Source: Bacteroidales bacterium
GTDB taxonomy: Bacteria; Bacteroidota; Bacteroidia; Bacteroidales; UBA12077
NCBI GenBank assembly: GCA_019038645.1
Contig: JAHOYT010000011.1
Coordinates: 63,909-127,908 of the forward strand
Direction: 5' to 3'
Length of the DNA: 64,000 nucleotides
The notes below the pieces were generated by a model. That model made no database searches and was not told the DNA's origin. It was given only the letters and a program-made list of their open reading frames with translations. The first letter of the stretch is position 1, and every line of letters starts with the position of its first letter. This document shows, piece by piece, positions 60,075-64,000 of this stretch. The position numbers and the translations under genes are program-made.

Positions 60075-60482
60075 TTACAGATACTTTTTATCTTCTTCGG
60101 GAACGTCAAAATATTGTTTGTAATGATTAGCATCAGGGCCAATTTGCTCAATGCTTTTATCACTGATTTTATAGGTGCATTTTTCACCTGCTAAACTTGA
60201 AAAATATACTTCGAAATGTTCATCTCCATCTTTCATGTGAATTTTAACAAGGTGAGGATTTTCTTCACGGTTTAATGTTGCATGACAGATTGGACATGAG
60301 AATACGTATTCTTCTCCTTCATGAATCTGAAAAGTAGGGTGAGTAGTAATTGCATAATCGCCAATTTCAGAGTTCAGAAAGACTAAACCCTTTTCGTTCT
60401 TTTTTGATTTTGCTGATAACAATATGGAGTTTGTTACTCGTAATTGTCCCTTGCAAATCGGACAGAAATAATCTTTTGCCAT
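60075..60482 (-). CDS. Hypothetical protein with two CPIC (CxxC) knuckles
   Basis: FCPICKG at residues 6-12 and SCPICHA at residues 62-68; 135 aa; 12 nt downstream of the hydrogenase maturation protease gene. Confidence 0.5.
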   Translation of the reverse strand: MAKDYFCPICKGQLRVTNSILLSAKSKKNEKGLVFLNSEIGDYAITTHPTFQIHEGEEYVFSCPICHATLNREENPHLVKIHMKDGDEHFEVYFSSLAGEKCTYKISDKSIEQIGPDANHYKQYFDVPEEDKKYL

Positions 60483-60494
60483 AGTATTCGGGTT

Positions 60495-60941
60495 TTAATG
60501 GTTTATAATATTTAAAATATTGCATGCTGTTTCCATTACAATTTCCGAAATTTCTTCACCAAAATCAATATTTTTTGGTTGAATACCTAAAATAAATACC
60601 GGCATTTTAAATAATTCTGATATTCTTTTTAGTGAAATATTATGTGTATTTAAAGTAAAATCTTTTACTTTTTCAGCAGGGAGTAATTCGTAATATCCCG
60701 CTTGTTTGCCAAACTCAACACAGTCAACAAGTATAAGAACATCAGGACTTAATGAATTTATTTTACCAATATAATTTTCGATACTAATTTCAACGCTTAA
60801 CTTTTGAATTGATGATGAATCCTTTATATTATCACAAATATAAACACCTATTCCATCATCACTTTTTAAAACATTTCCAATCCCAACAAAGAGTTTCTTT
60901 TTATCCGGTTGTGTTATTAAACTGTTTAAGTTTTCAATCAC
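60495..60941 (-). CDS. [NiFe]-hydrogenase maturation endopeptidase (HycI/HybD family)
   Basis: FVGIGNVLKSDDGIG N-terminal motif and a later VDC.. region. 148 aa. 4-nt overlap with the upstream 4Fe-4S gene. Confidence 0.75.
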   Translation of the reverse strand: MIENLNSLITQPDKKKLFVGIGNVLKSDDGIGVYICDNIKDSSSIQKLSVEISIENYIGKINSLSPDVLILVDCVEFGKQAGYYELLPAEKVKDFTLNTHNISLKRISELFKMPVFILGIQPKNIDFGEEISEIVMETACNILNIINH

Positions 60942-61552
60942 TCAAAAGTGTATTTAATTAAAACTTCTCTTAAGCAATTCGGACATAGAACATTAAACAT
61001 ATCCTTCCTTTTTAGTCCGTCTCTGATATCAGATTCAATATCGGATTTAGAAGCTAAACGCAGTTTTTCGTTAAGTAAATTTAAATTCTGAATTGAGGCA
61101 AAAGCTTTTGGTCCGAGCTTTTTATGCATATATTGAAGATGATCTTTTGTTGTAACTACAGCACTACAATTTTTGCAAATTATCAGTTCTTTTTCCTGAT
61201 ACTCCACATTATTTGTCCTGTCGAAAACGGCAATGTCGAATATTTCATCAGATAGTTTTACACCTTTTTGTGTAATGCAGTGATCCTGACATTGTCCACA
61301 GAAAATACATTTTCCATAATCGCGCCTGATGGTACGAATTCCTTTTACTTTATCATCTTCGAATGTAATTGCCAATGGAGGACAAACATTTGCACAAGTT
61401 TCACATCCCACACAATTATTATCATCAACCACAGGTTTGCCTCTGAAATTTTCGAAAGGAGTATGTGGTTCCTTTGGGAACTTTGTTGTGTAAGCTGGTG
61501 AAAACAATGACACCAACGCTTCTTTTACTTCTCTTATTTTAGGATATCTCAT
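60938..61552 (-). CDS. 2x[4Fe-4S] ferredoxin-type subunit (NuoI/HycF/MbhN-like) with Cys-rich C-terminal extension
   Basis: CVGCETCANVCP and CIFCGQCQDHC, plus C-terminal CKNC ... CPNC. Confidence 0.75.
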   Translation of the reverse strand: MRYPKIREVKEALVSLFSPAYTTKFPKEPHTPFENFRGKPVVDDNNCVGCETCANVCPPLAITFEDDKVKGIRTIRRDYGKCIFCGQCQDHCITQKGVKLSDEIFDIAVFDRTNNVEYQEKELIICKNCSAVVTTKDHLQYMHKKLGPKAFASIQNLNLLNEKLRLASKSDIESDIRDGLKRKDMFNVLCPNCLREVLIKYTFE

Positions 61553-61640
61553 TTTAGTTCAAAGTTTTGAGTTTTGAGTTTTGAGTTTCGAGTTTAGCGT
61601 TTCGAGTCATAATAACTCTGAACTTTAAACTCTGAACTTT
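61553..61640. repeat. Intercistronic heptamer tandem repeat with complementary arm, between mnhG and the 4Fe-4S gene
   Basis: GTTTTGA x3, then GTTTCGA, GTTTAGC, GTTTCGA (61564-61605). Followed by AACTCTG AACTTTA AACTCTG AACTTTT. Confidence 0.6.
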
Positions 61641-61967
61641 TTAACTTTTAATTACATCTTTATAATCATCTTTTACACTTTTATCGCCTAATTTAATCCC
61701 GAATATATAAGCTCCCTTAACAAGAGCATGTGCTGCTACAGTAGCGCTTAAAAATAACAATGGTAGAGCTATTAAGGCTCTGACACCTGCTCCGGCAAAA
61801 CCGCAAAAAAACAAAACCCCTAATAGTATACTGCATGTTCCAAGTGTAACACACTTTGTTGCTGATTGTAACCGGTTGTAAACATCTGGTAGACGTATTA
61901 AACCTATGCAACCAAAAAGGTTAAATAGTATACCTACACATATTAATATGAAGCCTATTATTTCCAT
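61641..61967 (-). CDS. Mrp-type cation/proton antiporter subunit G (MnhG/MbhC-like)
   Basis: IGLIRLPDVYNRLQSATKCVTLG signature; 3 TM helices. Confidence 0.8.
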   Translation of the reverse strand: MEIIGFILICVGILFNLFGCIGLIRLPDVYNRLQSATKCVTLGTCSILLGVLFFCGFAGAGVRALIALPLLFLSATVAAHALVKGAYIFGIKLGDKSVKDDYKDVIKS

Positions 61968-61968
61968 G

Positions 61969-62235
61969 TTATTCGTTTAATTTCTTGCCACTTAAATATT
62001 TAGCTAAGGTTAAAGTTCCAATAAAACTTAAAATAATCCATGCAATACCAATATCAAGTATATATGATCTTTTGGTTGTGATGGTTAATATGGCGCATAT
62101 TCCAACCACCAGAATTCCGAAGATATCTATTCCAACCATCCTGTCGGCAATTGATGGCCCACGAATTATTCTATAAAGGCAGAAAACGCATAATGCAATT
62201 TGCACATAAAGTAATATGTTCAGATAATCTATCAT
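61969..62235 (-). CDS. Mrp-type antiporter subunit F (MnhF/MbhB-like)
   Basis: RIIRGPSIADRMVGID signature; 88 aa; 3 TM helices. Confidence 0.8.
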   Translation of the reverse strand: MIDYLNILLYVQIALCVFCLYRIIRGPSIADRMVGIDIFGILVVGICAILTITTKRSYILDIGIAWIILSFIGTLTLAKYLSGKKLNE

Positions 62236-62717
62236 TCGAATATTTTTTTAATATATTTTTCAAATCTTCCTGATACTTTATCACTATATTCTTCAGGATC
62301 ATCAGTGCTAATATAAATCCAGTGAACATAAATATAATCGTCGATAATATCGACAGTAATTGTTCCTGGCGTCATTGTTATGGAGTTAGCTAAAGTTGTT
62401 TTTGCAATATCTGTTTTTAAATCAGTTTTTATTTTAACAATTCCAGGTTTTATTGGCATGGCTGGATGCAAAACTCTGTACGCAACTTCTATATTCGCTT
62501 TTAAACATTCCCAGATGAATATTATTAAATATACAATAAACCAAAAATACCTTTGTGGCTGAAGAAACTTATAAATACTGGTTACAAAGAATTTTCCGAA
62601 AAGAATAGTTGTAGCGAGTGCCGCTACAATTCCAACAATGATATTGGATGTTGTTAAACTGAAGGTTAATAACAACCAGAATATAAGCGAGATTATGAAT
62701 AGTGCAATATATTTCAT
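62232..62717 (-). CDS. Mrp-type antiporter subunit E (MnhE/MbhA-like)
   Basis: 161 aa, 2-3 N-terminal TM helices, motif ANSITMTPGT. Position upstream of the F and G subunits. Confidence 0.75.
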   Translation of the reverse strand: MKYIALFIISLIFWLLLTFSLTTSNIIVGIVAALATTILFGKFFVTSIYKFLQPQRYFWFIVYLIIFIWECLKANIEVAYRVLHPAMPIKPGIVKIKTDLKTDIAKTTLANSITMTPGTITVDIIDDYIYVHWIYISTDDPEEYSDKVSGRFEKYIKKIFE

Positions 62718-62718
62718 G

Positions 62719-64000
62719 TTAATACTTTATTACCAGGTTAAGATATTCATCTAAATTGATTAAAGAGTTTACCGCCTGATCAAAAACTACTTCACGAACA
62801 CTCGGTATTGCCAAAACACTTAATCCAAGACACAGGATTACAAGAATGATCATGGAAAAACTCATGGTAAAAGGTACTTCTTTAATATCCCTGAAATTTT
62901 TGTTTTTTCCATAGAAAACAGATTTCTGGAATTTTAAAAAATATGCAAGAGTTATAATACTTACCATTACTGCAAGAAATGCCAATAAGTAAAATTTGGC
63001 CTGAACAGCAGCTATAATAATAATTAACTTACTAAAGAACCCGTTAAATGGTGGAATCCCGGATATTGACATGGATGCACCCAGCGAGGAAGTTGATGTA
63101 ATTGGCATATTTTCAGCCAAACCACCCAACTGGTTCATATCCCGTGTGTTTGTTCTGTATTCAATTGCTCCGGCATTAAGGAATAATAATCCTTTAAATA
63201 CTGAGTGGTTTACCATGTGAAATAAACTTCCGGAAATTGCTAAAACAGCAACACCTTCTTTTCCACCTTTGGATAATACCATCATTCCTATTCCAAATCC
63301 AAGAATAATATAACCTATTTGACTGATACTTGAGTAGGCGAGGAGTCGTTTTATATCCCACTGATTTATTGCTAATACCGATCCAATAATCATTGAAAGT
63401 GTTCCCAAAACTGTAATAACAACAGCAATCTCATATGTAAACTCGAACATGTTAAAGAATAATCGAATTAATACATAAACCCCTATTGCTTTAATCAGAA
63501 CGCCCGAAAGCATTGCCGATACAGGCGATGGTGCTGATGAGTGTGCATCGGGTAACCAGGCATGGAAAGGAATTATTGCTGCTTTTAATCCGAATCCGGT
63601 TATTAATAGTATTTGTGTAAATGTTAAGAAAACAGAATCATCATGAGTTTGAAGTACATCGGAAATATCAGCAATATTTAAAGTTTTTGTTTGCCAGTAT
63701 AACAACGCTATGCTAAATAATATCAGGAAAGATGCAATATTTCCCAGAACCTGATATTTAAATGATGCTTCCAGTTCATTTTTACCCACACCAAAAGCTA
63801 CTAAGGCATAGGATGCAATTACCGAAATTTCGAGGAAGACAAACATATTGAAAAGATCGCCACTTAAAACAACACCATTCATACCGGCAATCATTAAACA
63901 AAACAGAGCGTAAAAATTATTTTCGGATGTGTATTTACTTATATAAGAAATTGAATAAAATGCTACCAAGAATCCAATGATACTGATAATGCATAAAATT
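62719..64000 (-). CDS. Mrp subunit D / NuoM-NuoN-like proton-conducting membrane subunit (5' end outside window)
   Basis: Proton_antipo_M-like motifs: FHAWLPDAHSSAPSPVSAMLSGVL, LLAYSSISQIGY. The frame stays open to the window edge. Confidence 0.8.
   Translation of the reverse strand, partial: ILCIISIIGFLVAFYSISYISKYTSENNFYALFCLMIAGMNGVVLSGDLFNMFVFLEISVIASYALVAFGVGKNELEASFKYQVLGNIASFLILFSIALLYWQTKTLNIADISDVLQTHDDSVFLTFTQILLITGFGLKAAIIPFHAWLPDAHSSAPSPVSAMLSGVLIKAIGVYVLIRLFFNMFEFTYEIAVVITVLGTLSMIIGSVLAINQWDIKRLLAYSSISQIGYIILGFGIGMMVLSKGGKEGVAVLAISGSLFHMVNHSVFKGLLFLNAGAIEYRTNTRDMNQLGGLAENMPITSTSSLGASMSISGIPPFNGFFSKLIIIIAAVQAKFYLLAFLAVMVSIITLAYFLKFQKSVFYGKNKNFRDIKEVPFTMSFSMIILVILCLGLSVLAIPSVREVVFDQAVNSLINLDEYLNLVIKY

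Overview
AT-rich (roughly one-third G+C by eye) chromosomal segment. Synteny points to Bacteroidota: rpsU-xerC-hpf, tRNA-Thr/Tyr/Gly/Thr, tuf, tRNA-Trp, secE-nusG-rplKAJL-rpoBC, a DUF3467-like gene, a PorT-like barrel and TAnnTTTG promoter motifs. Bases 1-24.8 kb are ordinary housekeeping genes. From 25 kb on, the window is an unusually dense run of anaerobic energy-metabolism modules. (i) etfBA, a split membrane Fe-S EtfD-like oxidoreductase and an acyl-CoA dehydrogenase lie at 25.3-31.4 kb. (ii) A trimeric [FeFe]-hydrogenase lies at 36.9-40.4 kb; it has a minimal NuoF-like subunit and a non-canonical TSCSPGW H-cluster motif. (iii) The main point of interest is a roughly 17-kb multihaem-cytochrome island at 40.6-59.1 kb. 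I count about 56 haem c motifs in 8 genes. The island holds three parallel inner-membrane cytochrome modules (ImcH-like, a split 7-haem + cyt b pair, and a 19-haem::cyt b fusion). It also holds an outer-membrane module: a small beta-barrel, two tandem monohaem lipoproteins and a collagen-like hexahaem lipoprotein. Further genes are a fused CcsBA haem lyase, two Crp/Fnr regulators with perfect FNR-type boxes nearby, and a 10-haem lipoprotein paired with a tandem-rhodanese lipoprotein. This looks like an uncharacterised extracellular or periplasmic electron-transfer system for this phylum. (iv) A His-rich Ni/Co transporter, a hydrogenase maturation protease, a 4Fe-4S protein and Mrp-type antiporter subunits lie at 59.2-64.0 kb and run off the window. 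They are probably the 3' end of a group-4 [NiFe]-hydrogenase-like operon. I saw no CRISPR array, rRNA, transposase or phage genes. Several structured intergenic repeats are present: two elements flanked by inverted repeats, and a heptamer-periodic intercistronic repeat family. All family assignments come from reading motifs by eye; no searches were run.
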